A DNA stretch of 64,000 nucleotides from the NCBI GenBank assembly GCA_937899625.1, contig CALCCB010000083.1, positions 463 through 64,462 of the forward strand. Direction: 5' to 3'. Made by a program: the position numbers and the translations under genes. This DNA comes from an uncultured Bacteroidota bacterium (lineage in GTDB: Bacteria > Bacteroidota > Bacteroidia > Flavobacteriales_D > Crocinitomicaceae). Shown piece by piece: positions 1-9,098 of the stretch; position 1 is the stretch's first letter; every line of letters begins with the position of its first letter. The notes under the pieces were generated by a model that saw nothing but the letters and a program-made list of their open reading frames with translations, was not told where the DNA came from and did not search any database.

Positions 1-261
1 ACCCCTGATGGAGATGGAGTTAATGACAATTTTGTAATCACTGGTATTGAGCAATTCCCTATGAACGAACTCATTATCTACAACAGATGGGGCAACATCG
101 TCTATCAAGCTTCTGATTACCAGAACAACTGGGACGGAATTTCAATCAGCAACTTCAATTTCGCTGGCGAAGCCCTTCCAAGTGGTACATACTATTACCT
201 GTTTGATACTAAAACAGAGGAATACAAAACGTTAAAAGGTTTCATTTATCTGCAGAGATAA
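1..261 (+). CDS. 3' end of a T9SS type-B sorting-domain (gliding-motility C-terminal domain) cargo protein; the 5' part lies outside the window
   Basis: Frame 1 is open from base 1 (TPDGDGVNDNFVITGIEQFP...). It ends ...YNRWGNIVYQASDYQNNWDG...LPSGTYYYLF...GFIYLQR. The same NGD-x-ND / NRWG / YQNNWDG / GTYYY motifs occur in the C-terminus of the ORF at 45070-46272. A PorP/SprF gene follows directly. Confidence 0.8.
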   Translation, partial: TPDGDGVNDNFVITGIEQFPMNELIIYNRWGNIVYQASDYQNNWDGISISNFNFAGEALPSGTYYYLFDTKTEEYKTLKGFIYLQR

Positions 262-279
262 TATTTAAAACATTGAGTT

Positions 280-1200
280 ATGAAAAATTGGAAATTAATA
301 ATTAGCGCAGTCCTTTGTTTGGTTATTGATCAAATGGCAATTGCGCAACAGGAGCCTCAATTCACACAGTATTTTGATAATACATTGTTTGTGAATCCAG
401 CATATGCTGGTAGTCGTGGAGTAATGAACATGACTGCAATTCATAGAGAACAATGGGCTGGCTTCGATGGACGCCCACGTTCTACGACTTTTAGTTTGCA
501 TTCACCACTAAAATATGAATCTGTTGGTATAGGTTTGACAATGGTTAATGATCAGTTAGGGCCAATCACTCAACGAATGGTATACGGTGATTTTTCTTAT
601 TCCTTGAAGTTTAAAAACGGGGATCGTAAATTATCGTTCGGACTTAAGGGAGGAGTCAATATGATTTCTGTAGGTACTTCTCAATTAGTAACAACAGTTG
701 ATAATGATCCGAAGTTGATCCAAAACATTAGAAATAGTGTCAATCCAAATTTTGGATTTGGAATGTACTATCATTCACCAAGATTTTTTGTTGGATTTAG
801 TTCACCTAGGATTCTGGAACAGAGTTATGGGGGAGTTAGTTCAACTAACATCGAGAGACGTCATTACTTCGGAATCATCGGAGGTGTTATTAAAATGAAT
901 CCAGATTGGAAGTTGAGGCCCACGGGGCAGATTAAAATAACCGAAGGAGCTCCAGTGAGTATTGATGCCAGTTTAACAGCAATTTTCAAAGATAAATTTT
1001 GGTTTGGTGGAATGTATCGATTAGATGCGGCTTATGGTATTTTCACACAATTCGTGGTGAACGATCAATTTAAGATAGGTATTGCGAGTGATTTTGGAAC
1101 TCAAGCCTTGAAAAATTATAACTCAGGGACTTTCGAAATGATGCTGTCATACGACTTCAATTTCAAGAAAAAGGGGATTCGTTCTCCTAGATATTTCTAA
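280..1200 (+). CDS. PorP/SprF-family type IX secretion system membrane protein
   Basis: 306 aa with a signal peptide, then QQEPQFTQYFDNTLFVNPAYAGS, the characteristic PorP/SprF N-terminus. The rest is beta-rich and ends in ...SPRYF. It lies 19 nt after a type-B CTD cargo gene. Confidence 0.85.
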   Translation: MKNWKLIISAVLCLVIDQMAIAQQEPQFTQYFDNTLFVNPAYAGSRGVMNMTAIHREQWAGFDGRPRSTTFSLHSPLKYESVGIGLTMVNDQLGPITQRMVYGDFSYSLKFKNGDRKLSFGLKGGVNMISVGTSQLVTTVDNDPKLIQNIRNSVNPNFGFGMYYHSPRFFVGFSSPRILEQSYGGVSSTNIERRHYFGIIGGVIKMNPDWKLRPTGQIKITEGAPVSIDASLTAIFKDKFWFGGMYRLDAAYGIFTQFVVNDQFKIGIASDFGTQALKNYNSGTFEMMLSYDFNFKKKGIRSPRYF

Positions 1201-1207
1201 TCTATTA

Positions 1208-3451
1208 ATGCGAAATCCTATGAGAATATCAATCATAACAATAGCACTTCTTGTTCTGGGACAAACGGTAAGTGCTCAGCAATCAAAGATCAATAGAGGC
1301 GATCAACTTTACAGCTTATTAGCTTATTCTGAAGCAATTCCGGAATATGAATCAGCCCTTTGGAAGAAAGGTTCAACTCAAGATGTATTATCTCTGAAAC
1401 TTGCCAAGAGTTATTACTATTACGGTAATCTTGAAAAAGCTAAAAATTATTTTTCCGATGCTGATGGACTGAAGGCTTCATTTTCTGCAGAAGATTGTTT
1501 CGTGTATTCTCAGTGTCTGAAACAACTGGGAGATTACTCTGGAGCAGATCTATGGATGAAGAAATACGACTCTATGATGCCTGGATCATTGTCTGTAGGT
1601 GATTTCAATAATCATCTTGATTATTTGGAGGCAATACGAAATGCCCAAAAACATTTTATAATCACAACAGTGAATTTCAATTCAAAAATGAATGATTTTG
1701 GAGGTTATGAATATAAAAAAGGTCAGGTTGTTTTCATTATTTCAGATCGAAATTCAACACCAGTGAAAAGAATATATGGCTGGAATAGCATGAACTTCCT
1801 TGATTTCCTTGTGGTAAGTAACCAAAACGGTTCCAAAACAAAAATCTCCAATCATTCAAGTGGTAATTCAAAATACCATGAAGGTCCACTTTGTTTTACC
1901 TCAGATGAGTCACGAGTTTATTACACAAGTAATAACCCTGCTAAAAGTACAGAATCTAGTGGTCAAAAAGGAATACAGAACTTGGTGCTTTATACAGCAA
2001 AAGTTTCTTCAAAAGGTAATTGGTATGAACAAAAAGCCTTGAAGATTAATTCGAAAGAATATTCTGTTGGCCACCCAACACTTTCACCGGATGGTCAGTG
2101 GTTGTACTTCGTTTCCGATATGCCTGGTGGTTTTGGGGGCTCAGACATCTACAAGGCACAAATCATGGCCGATGGAGAACTTGGAAGCCCTATTAATTTG
2201 GGACAAAAAGTAAATACAGAAAAACAAGAAGTGTTCCCATGGATTTCAACCGAAGGTCAACTTTTCTTTTCTTCCAATGGTTTAACAGGACTTGGAGGAC
2301 TTGACATATTCGTTGCAAATCTGGGTGAAGATGGAATGGTCAAGGCTGTAAAGCACACTGGGCCTGAAATAAACAGCGCAAAAGATGATTTCGGTGTGAT
2401 TTTCACTTCTGAAGGAAAGAAAGGCTACTTTTCTTCGAATCGTGAAGGTGGAAAAGGGAATGATGATATCTACGGGTTTGAATTAGTTCAGCCTTTCAAA
2501 TTTAGTATCAACTTGGCAGGAACTGTAACAGATCTTGCTACAGGAGACATCTTGAAAGAAACAGAAGTAAAGTTGATGGATGACAATGGTAATGTTGTAC
2601 AAACCGTGAAAAGCGACGAAAATGGAAATTATCATTTTGATTTAGAGCCAGGAAAGAATTATTCGATCTCTTTCGCTCAAAATGGTTTTACAGACCTGAA
2701 AAAAGAAGTAAATGTTGCTCCTCTAGAACAAGATTTAACTCTAAACGCCGCTCTTGCAAAAGTGCCTTCTTTCGGGTTATTGTGTAAAATAACTGAGGCT
2801 GAATCAGGTAAGGTTTTAGATGGAGTTGAGGTTAAAATCTTCGATCCTAAAACTGGAAATACAATAATGGATCAACTGACATCTCTTGAAGGACTGACTG
2901 AGACTGGTTTGGAAAATATCAAATTAGGCGATCAGTTGAATTTGAAAGTTACCATCTCTAAAGAAGGATACTTGTCGAAAACAGTAGACCTAAACCTCAA
3001 GATCATAAAAGAAGGAATATACAATGTTCACGACATGATCGATGCCACCATCGGTAAAATGGAGGTGGGTGTTGATCTGGCATCATTAATAGATATAAAG
3101 CCAATTTATTTCGATTTAGGCAAATACAATATCCGAAAAGATGCTACTATTGAACTAGACAAGATCGTTAAGATCATGAATGAATATCCAACTATGGAAA
3201 TAGAGCTTGGTTCACATACTGATTGTCGTGGGTCAATAGCTTCTAATGAGAAACTATCCTCTAATCGGGCAAATGCGTCTGCTGATTATATTAAAACAAG
3301 AATTAATAATCCTGAAAGGATTTATGGAAAGGGTTATGGTGAATCAAAATTGAAAGTGGATTGCCCTTGTGAAGGAGCAGTAAAATCAGATTGTCCGGAG
3401 TTGGAACATCAAAAAAACAGAAGAACTGAATTTGTGATAATTAAAATGTAA
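1208..3451 (+). CDS. PorE-like multidomain OmpA-family protein (TPR, TolB/WD40-like beta-propeller, carboxypeptidase-regulatory-like domains, OmpA_C peptidoglycan-binding domain)
   Basis: 747 aa. After a signal peptide comes a TPR-like N-terminus (YSEAIPEYESAL...GNLEKAKNYF). PD40-like repeats follow (HPTLSPDGQWLYFVSDMPGGFGGSDIY; FPWISTEGQLFFSSNG..GGLDIF; YFSSNREGGKGNDDIY). Next are CRD-like GTVTD...ENGNYHFDLEPGKNY modules. The C-terminus is OmpA-like (IYFDLGKYNIR...LGSHTDCRGS...NEKLSSNRANASADY...NRRTEFVI). Confidence 0.8.
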   Translation: MRNPMRISIITIALLVLGQTVSAQQSKINRGDQLYSLLAYSEAIPEYESALWKKGSTQDVLSLKLAKSYYYYGNLEKAKNYFSDADGLKASFSAEDCFVYSQCLKQLGDYSGADLWMKKYDSMMPGSLSVGDFNNHLDYLEAIRNAQKHFIITTVNFNSKMNDFGGYEYKKGQVVFIISDRNSTPVKRIYGWNSMNFLDFLVVSNQNGSKTKISNHSSGNSKYHEGPLCFTSDESRVYYTSNNPAKSTESSGQKGIQNLVLYTAKVSSKGNWYEQKALKINSKEYSVGHPTLSPDGQWLYFVSDMPGGFGGSDIYKAQIMADGELGSPINLGQKVNTEKQEVFPWISTEGQLFFSSNGLTGLGGLDIFVANLGEDGMVKAVKHTGPEINSAKDDFGVIFTSEGKKGYFSSNREGGKGNDDIYGFELVQPFKFSINLAGTVTDLATGDILKETEVKLMDDNGNVVQTVKSDENGNYHFDLEPGKNYSISFAQNGFTDLKKEVNVAPLEQDLTLNAALAKVPSFGLLCKITEAESGKVLDGVEVKIFDPKTGNTIMDQLTSLEGLTETGLENIKLGDQLNLKVTISKEGYLSKTVDLNLKIIKEGIYNVHDMIDATIGKMEVGVDLASLIDIKPIYFDLGKYNIRKDATIELDKIVKIMNEYPTMEIELGSHTDCRGSIASNEKLSSNRANASADYIKTRINNPERIYGKGYGESKLKVDCPCEGAVKSDCPELEHQKNRRTEFVIIKM

Positions 3452-3474
3452 ATCCATCCAAATAAAAATGGAAG

Positions 3475-3508
3475 GGTCGAATCAAATAGAAATTGATTCG
3501 ACCTTTTT
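3475..3508 (+). terminator. Rho-independent terminator after the PorE-like gene
   Basis: 11-bp perfect stem ggtcgaatcaa (3475-3485) / ttgattcgacc (3493-3503), 7-nt loop, T-run at 3504-3508. Confidence 0.85.
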
Positions 3509-3552
3509 GTTTATAAGGGTTTCTTGCTAATTTTACGTCGCAACAAAAAAAA

Positions 3553-5004
3553 ATGAATAGAACCAAGATTGCAGATTTATTAAATGATCCGAAGATCGGT
3601 CAGGAATACTTAGTGAAAGGCTGGGTACGTGCCTTCAGAAGTAATCGATTTATTCAACTGAACGATGGGTCTACCATCAAGACACTTCAAGGAGTAGTTG
3701 ATTTTGAAAAAATGGATGAACATACCTTGAAAAGGATCACTACCGGTTCGGCCATCAGTCTAACAGGGACATTGATAGAATCTCTAGGGTCAGGTCAATC
3801 AGTAGAGCTTCAGGTAAATGAAGTTGAGATCATTGGTGATGCAAATCCCGATGACGTTCAGAAGACGGTTATGCAGCCAAAGAAGCACAGTATGGAGTTT
3901 CTTCGCGAACAGGCTCACCTTCGATTCAGAACGAATACTTTCAGTTCTGTATTCAGGATCCGTCATGCAGTAGCATATGCGATCCACAAGTTTTTCAATG
4001 ACAGAGGATTTTATTACATCCATACTCCGATCATCACAGGTTCAGATGCTGAAGGTGCAGGAGAAATGTTCAGAGTTACGACTTTGGATCCTGTTATCCC
4101 GCCATTGAATGAGGATGGAACAGTTAATTTCAAAGAAGATTTTTTCGGGAAATCAGTTAACCTGACGGTCTCTGGACAATTAGAAGCTGAGCTTGCTGCT
4201 TTAGCTTTAGGACAAGTGTACACATTTGGGCCAACGTTCAGAGCAGAGAATTCAAACACGTCAAGACACCTTGCTGAATTCTGGATGATCGAACCTGAAG
4301 TGGCATTCAATGATATTCATGACAACATGGATCTCGCTGAGGACATGTTGAAATATATTTGTAGTTACGTAATGGAAAATTGTGCGGATGATCTTCAGTT
4401 CCTGAACGACCGTGAAGCTGCTGAACAACAATCTAAGCCACAAAATGAACGCAATGAGCTTTCTTTGATCGAACGATTGAAATTCGTCACTGAAAACAAT
4501 TTCGAAAGGATCACATACACGAAAGCGATTGATGTTCTTCGCAACTCCAACCACTACAAAAAGAAAAAATTCCAGTATGAAGTGGAATGGGGAACTGACC
4601 TTCAAAGTGAGCACGAAAGATATTTAGTAGAAAAAGAATACAAGCGTCCGGTGATAATTACGGATTATCCAGCTTCATTTAAGGCATTCTACATGCGCAG
4701 AAATGATCACAGTGAACCGGGTAAGGAAACCGTTGCAGCGATGGATATTCTATTCCCTGGCATTGGAGAAATGGTAGGAGGATCACAACGTGAAGAGCGA
4801 TTAGATATATTAAAAGAGAAATGTGCAGCATTCCATATCGAAGAGCAAGAATTGTGGTGGTATCTTGAAACCAGAAAATTCGGAACAGTGCCTCATGCAG
4901 GTTTTGGCCTCGGATTTGAAAGGATGATCATGTTCGTAACCGGAATGACCAACATCAGAGATGTGATCCCATTCCCTAGAACTCCATTGAATGCTGAATT
5001 CTAG
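3553..5004 (+). CDS. asnS: asparagine--tRNA ligase
   Basis: 483 aa with an N-terminal OB fold ([18 protein letters not shown]). Class II motifs are [29 protein letters not shown] and [11 protein letters not shown]. Confidence 0.95.
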   Translation: MNRTKIADLLNDPKIGQEYLVKGWVRAFRSNRFIQLNDGSTIKTLQGVVDFEKMDEHTLKRITTGSAISLTGTLIESLGSGQSVELQVNEVEIIGDANPDDVQKTVMQPKKHSMEFLREQAHLRFRTNTFSSVFRIRHAVAYAIHKFFNDRGFYYIHTPIITGSDAEGAGEMFRVTTLDPVIPPLNEDGTVNFKEDFFGKSVNLTVSGQLEAELAALALGQVYTFGPTFRAENSNTSRHLAEFWMIEPEVAFNDIHDNMDLAEDMLKYICSYVMENCADDLQFLNDREAAEQQSKPQNERNELSLIERLKFVTENNFERITYTKAIDVLRNSNHYKKKKFQYEVEWGTDLQSEHERYLVEKEYKRPVIITDYPASFKAFYMRRNDHSEPGKETVAAMDILFPGIGEMVGGSQREERLDILKEKCAAFHIEEQELWWYLETRKFGTVPHAGFGLGFERMIMFVTGMTNIRDVIPFPRTPLNAEF

Positions 5005-5039
5005 ATGGAATTTTTGTATTTTTAACTGAAACCTGAACT

Positions 5040-6485
5040 ATGGCATTGAAACAACATCTGGCACAAAAACTTGAGCAAAGGCTCTCACCTCAGCAGATCC
5101 AGCTGATGAAACTTTTGCAGGTGCCTACTATGGAGTTGGATCAACGTGTCAAACAAGAGATCGAGGAAAATCCCGCATTGGAAGAAGGGGCTGATTTTGA
5201 AGAGGATGATTTCGGTGATCAGCAAGAGGATGATTATGACGATAACGATGATCTGGAGTTTGATATTTCAGAGTACATCGACGAAGAAGGATCTGACTAC
5301 AAAACAAGAGCCAACAATACCAGCAAAGATGATGAGGAAAGAGTCATTCCTTTATCCGGAGAACAATCTTTCCAGGATCGTTTAACTGAACAATTACATC
5401 TTCTTGATCTGAACGAAACGCAATTCATGATCACTGACACCATCATAGGAAACCTGGATGAGTCTGGCTATCTAAACAGGGAAATTGAAGCGATCGTTGA
5501 TGACCTTGCGTTTTCAGCAAATATTTCGACAACAGAGGAGGAAGTGCTTGAAATGCTTCAAGTGATACAGGAACTTGACCCGGCAGGTGTTGGAGCAAGA
5601 GATCTTCAGGAATGCCTATTGATCCAGATCAACAGAATGCAGGATGGAGACATCACAAAATATACTTCAAAGATCATTCTTGAACAGTGTTTTGAAGAAT
5701 TTACAAAGAAGCACTACGATAAGATCATAAAGAAGCTGGAGATCGAAGACAATGATCTGAAAGAGGCAATCGACATCATTCTAAGATTGAACCCGAAACC
5801 AGGAGGTTCAATGAAGGAAGCCTCTAAGAATCATCAGCAGATCATTCCTGACTTCATGATAACAGAATTTGAGGGCACCTTGGAACTTTCTCTTAACGGA
5901 AGAAATGCTCCTGAATTGAAGGTGAGTCGAGAATATGAACAGATGCTTCGTACATATGCAGAAGGAGCAAAAACATCTCGCTCTGATAAAGAAGCTCTAA
6001 TGTTCGTTAAGCAAAAACTGGACGGAGCAAAGTGGTTCATCGATGCTATCAAACAAAGACAAAATACATTGCTTACAACGATGCATGCGATCATGGAATA
6101 CCAGAGAGAATATTTCCTGACTGGTGATGAAGTGAATATGAAACCGATGATCCTTAAGGACATTGCTGAGATGGTTGGACTGGATATTTCTACCATCTCT
6201 CGGGTGGCGAATAGCAAATATGTACAAACGAATTTTGGGATTTTCGCTTTGAAGTATTTCTTCTCAGAAAGTTTGAGTACTGATTCAGGAGAAGAGGTAT
6301 CAACAAGAGAAGTGAAGAAGATCCTTACTGATGCGATTGAAGCGGAGAATAAGCGAAAGCCACTGACCGATGAAAAGCTTATGGAATTGCTAAAAGATAA
6401 AGGCTACAATATTGCACGTAGAACAGTGGCCAAATATCGCGAGCAATTGAATATCCCTGTTGCTAGATTGAGAAAGGAGCTGTAA
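5040..6485 (+). CDS. rpoN: RNA polymerase sigma-54 factor
   Basis: 481 aa. The N-terminus is LSPQQIQLMKLLQVPTMEL, followed by an acidic linker, with a C-terminal RpoN box ARRTVAKYREQL. The asnS-rpoN order is typical of Bacteroidota. Confidence 0.95.
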   Translation: MALKQHLAQKLEQRLSPQQIQLMKLLQVPTMELDQRVKQEIEENPALEEGADFEEDDFGDQQEDDYDDNDDLEFDISEYIDEEGSDYKTRANNTSKDDEERVIPLSGEQSFQDRLTEQLHLLDLNETQFMITDTIIGNLDESGYLNREIEAIVDDLAFSANISTTEEEVLEMLQVIQELDPAGVGARDLQECLLIQINRMQDGDITKYTSKIILEQCFEEFTKKHYDKIIKKLEIEDNDLKEAIDIILRLNPKPGGSMKEASKNHQQIIPDFMITEFEGTLELSLNGRNAPELKVSREYEQMLRTYAEGAKTSRSDKEALMFVKQKLDGAKWFIDAIKQRQNTLLTTMHAIMEYQREYFLTGDEVNMKPMILKDIAEMVGLDISTISRVANSKYVQTNFGIFALKYFFSESLSTDSGEEVSTREVKKILTDAIEAENKRKPLTDEKLMELLKDKGYNIARRTVAKYREQLNIPVARLRKEL

Positions 6486-7138
6486 TGAAACAATTGGCAG
6501 AAATAATTTCCTGGATCTTTATACCCTTGTTCATGCCCGTATATGGTTTATTACTGGCGATGTACATCCCAAATAATCAGGATTATTTATTCAACGAAGA
6601 CAATCTGTTCTTTCTGACCGATACGGCAAAGTATGCCATACTATACATGTTCTTTATCTTCAGTGTGCTTGCTCCATCTCTTTCCTTTATTGTCCTGAGA
6701 AGAATGAATGTTATTTCTACAATTGACATGGAAGATAAGAGAGAACGTGCAATACCAATGCTGATCATGTTGGTGTATTGTCTTCTTCTATACTTTTTAT
6801 TCATCTATAAGGCACAGAACAATATTTTACCCAAATACATCTACGCTTTGCCTCTGAGTGGAGTGTTTGTTACAGTAACATATGCGTTGATCAACCGATG
6901 GATCAAGATCAGTTTGCATGCAGGTGGTGCCGGAATATTATGCGGATTCCTACTTGCATACGGCATTGCTCAAGCGGAATTCAATGTTTGGACATTGATA
7001 TTTGCTGTGATCGCATCCGGTCTTACACTTTCGGCACGATTGTTTCTTCATAAACACAGTCCTTTGGAAGTGTATTCAGGTTGGGGACTGGCAATGATAT
7101 TGACCTTTATTATTAATTTTCTTTATCCAATTAATTAA
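6485..7138 (+). CDS. integral membrane protein of unknown function (weak PAP2-like motifs)
   Basis: 217 aa with about six hydrophobic helices. Its ATG overlaps the rpoN stop (TAATG). SLHAGGAG and SARLFLHKHSPLEV loosely resemble PAP2 motifs C2/C3, which is only a weak indication. Confidence 0.7.
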   Translation: MKQLAEIISWIFIPLFMPVYGLLLAMYIPNNQDYLFNEDNLFFLTDTAKYAILYMFFIFSVLAPSLSFIVLRRMNVISTIDMEDKRERAIPMLIMLVYCLLLYFLFIYKAQNNILPKYIYALPLSGVFVTVTYALINRWIKISLHAGGAGILCGFLLAYGIAQAEFNVWTLIFAVIASGLTLSARLFLHKHSPLEVYSGWGLAMILTFIINFLYPIN

Positions 7139-7139
7139 T

Positions 7140-7949
7140 ATGTTCTCCTTAAGATTCAAATTTTTCTCAGCAGTATCACTCGCCATTTTTTTGGCAGCAT
7201 GTGGTAACATGAAAGGTGGTTCCGGAAAAGGAATCAATTTGTTTACGATCCAGCAAGACAAGGAGCTTGGTGCTCAAGTTGCCGCTGAGATCGAGAATAA
7301 TCCTCAACAGTATCCGATCCTGGATTCAGCACAGAACAAGGCAGTTTACCAATATTTATACAAAGTCAGAGATAAGATCCTGAATTCAGGAAATGTTGAT
7401 TACAAGACTGAGTTCCCATGGAGACTGCGTGTCATAAAAGATGACACAACTCTTAATGCCTTCTGTACTCCTGGAGGATATATCTATATCTACACCGGAA
7501 TTTTAAAATTCCTGGATAATGAATCTCAGTTTGCTGGTGTTCTAGGACATGAAATGGGACATGCCGATATGAGACACTCAACTCGTCAAATGACCCAGAT
7601 GTTCGGTGTTCAGATCCTATTAGACGTACTTGCAGGAGATAGAGCAGCATTAAAGCAGGTAACTGGTGGATTGATCGGATTGAAATTCTCAAGGGGGCAT
7701 GAAACTGAGGCAGATGAGCGTTCAGTACTTTATTTGTGTCCAACCGATTACGATGCGGCTGGTGGTGCAGGATTTTTTGAAAAGATCCAGAATATGGGTG
7801 GAGGAAGACCACCAGAATTCCTAAGTACACACCCTGACCCAGGAAACAGAATTGAAGATTTTAAAGCCACCAAAGAACGCCTAGGTTGTAAAGGAGATAA
7901 GACCTTTGAAACCGAATACAAAGCAATGGTATCAAAATTACCGAACTGA
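7140..7949 (+). CDS. M48-family zinc metalloprotease, predicted lipoprotein
   Basis: 269 aa with a lipobox-like LAACG and an HEMGH zinc motif (VLGHEMGHADMRH). A downstream glutamate lies in GHETEADE. Confidence 0.85.
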   Translation: MFSLRFKFFSAVSLAIFLAACGNMKGGSGKGINLFTIQQDKELGAQVAAEIENNPQQYPILDSAQNKAVYQYLYKVRDKILNSGNVDYKTEFPWRLRVIKDDTTLNAFCTPGGYIYIYTGILKFLDNESQFAGVLGHEMGHADMRHSTRQMTQMFGVQILLDVLAGDRAALKQVTGGLIGLKFSRGHETEADERSVLYLCPTDYDAAGGAGFFEKIQNMGGGRPPEFLSTHPDPGNRIEDFKATKERLGCKGDKTFETEYKAMVSKLPN

Positions 7950-7952
7950 TCT

Positions 7953-8945
7953 ATGAAGGCTAAAAGAGTTTCACTTGACGATATTGCCAAAGCACTTGGA
8001 GTTTCCAAAGCCACTGTTTCTGTTGTACTTAACGGACGAGGTGACGAGTTTAATATCAGCAAGAAAAAGCAGGTGCTGATCCATGAGAAAGCAAAGGAAT
8101 TACAATATGTTCCCAACTTTTTCGCAAAAAGCCTTCGTCAGGGAGAAACAAAAACAATTGGATTAGTGCTTGCAGACATTTCCAATCCATTTTATGCGGA
8201 GATGTGTAAGATCATTCAAGAAACATTGTATTCCAAAGGATATAAAACATTTATCGTCAACACGAATGATGATAAAGAATTGGAGAAAACGTTGATGAGA
8301 GAGCTTATTCAGCGCTCTATTGATGGGATGATTATTTCGCCTTGTAATACGATAGATGCACTGATCCCAATCCTTCATGAAACACACATTCCTGTAGTTT
8401 TTTCCGACAGACCTGGGGATGAAAATGCTGACTTTGTTGGAATTGACAACATGAAGGAAGCTTCATTATTGATCGGCAAATTCAAGAATACACCCAAGAA
8501 GATCCTTGCAATCAGTCAGCATGATGCATCCATTCAAACGATCTCTGAGCGATTACAGGGACTAAATGAAGCTTCTAAAAAATCTGGGATTGAGTTAATG
8601 CATATCAATCTTTCTTCTGATCGAAAAGAAGCACTGGCACAAGTAAAAAATGAACTCTCCAATCATGTTGATGCGATCATATCATTGAATAATATGGTCG
8701 CTTTAGTTACATTGGGAATCCTTCAGGAGTTGAAGATAAATGTCCCTAATGACGTTAAATTGATCTCATTTGATGATCATGAAGTTTTCTCCTTTATGAC
8801 CCCTTCCGTTACTGCATTGAGACAGCCGGTCAACAAGATTGCGGCTTTTAGTGTAGAACGAATGATGGAGCGTCTTCAAGAATCAGAGGTTCCAGGAAAA
8901 CATCAGTTACTGGAGTGTGAATTCATAGAAAGGGGAAGCCATTAA
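7953..8945 (+). CDS. LacI-family transcriptional regulator
   Basis: 330 aa with an N-terminal HTH (VSLDDIAKALGVSKATVSVVLNG) and a periplasmic-binding-protein-like core (IGLVLADISNPFYAEM...). Confidence 0.9.
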   Translation: MKAKRVSLDDIAKALGVSKATVSVVLNGRGDEFNISKKKQVLIHEKAKELQYVPNFFAKSLRQGETKTIGLVLADISNPFYAEMCKIIQETLYSKGYKTFIVNTNDDKELEKTLMRELIQRSIDGMIISPCNTIDALIPILHETHIPVVFSDRPGDENADFVGIDNMKEASLLIGKFKNTPKKILAISQHDASIQTISERLQGLNEASKKSGIELMHINLSSDRKEALAQVKNELSNHVDAIISLNNMVALVTLGILQELKINVPNDVKLISFDDHEVFSFMTPSVTALRQPVNKIAAFSVERMMERLQESEVPGKHQLLECEFIERGSH

Positions 8946-9098
8946 TTTTTTATACCGGAAAGTTCTGTCGGTTTCATTCCTCCCATTAAAAGCCTAATTT
9001 TAAGAAGATACCAAACACCCATAGTTGCATTGCTTCTTTATTTGGTTTATGATTCTGTGATATAGTTTACAACAAATAGAATCATTAACTTTAGCAAT

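Noticed and set aside
3475-3508. The GGTCGAATC sequence is reminiscent of a tRNA T-arm.
   Set aside because: It is the left arm of a perfect 11-bp hairpin followed by a T-run, so it is a terminator. No acceptor or anticodon arms can be drawn around it. I found no tRNA-like cloverleaf elsewhere in the window.
5058-5074. A sigma-54 promoter-like TGGCAC element was noticed.
   Set aside because: The sequence is TGGCAC-N7-TTGA rather than TGGCAC-N5-TTGC, and it lies inside the rpoN coding sequence. It is most likely chance.
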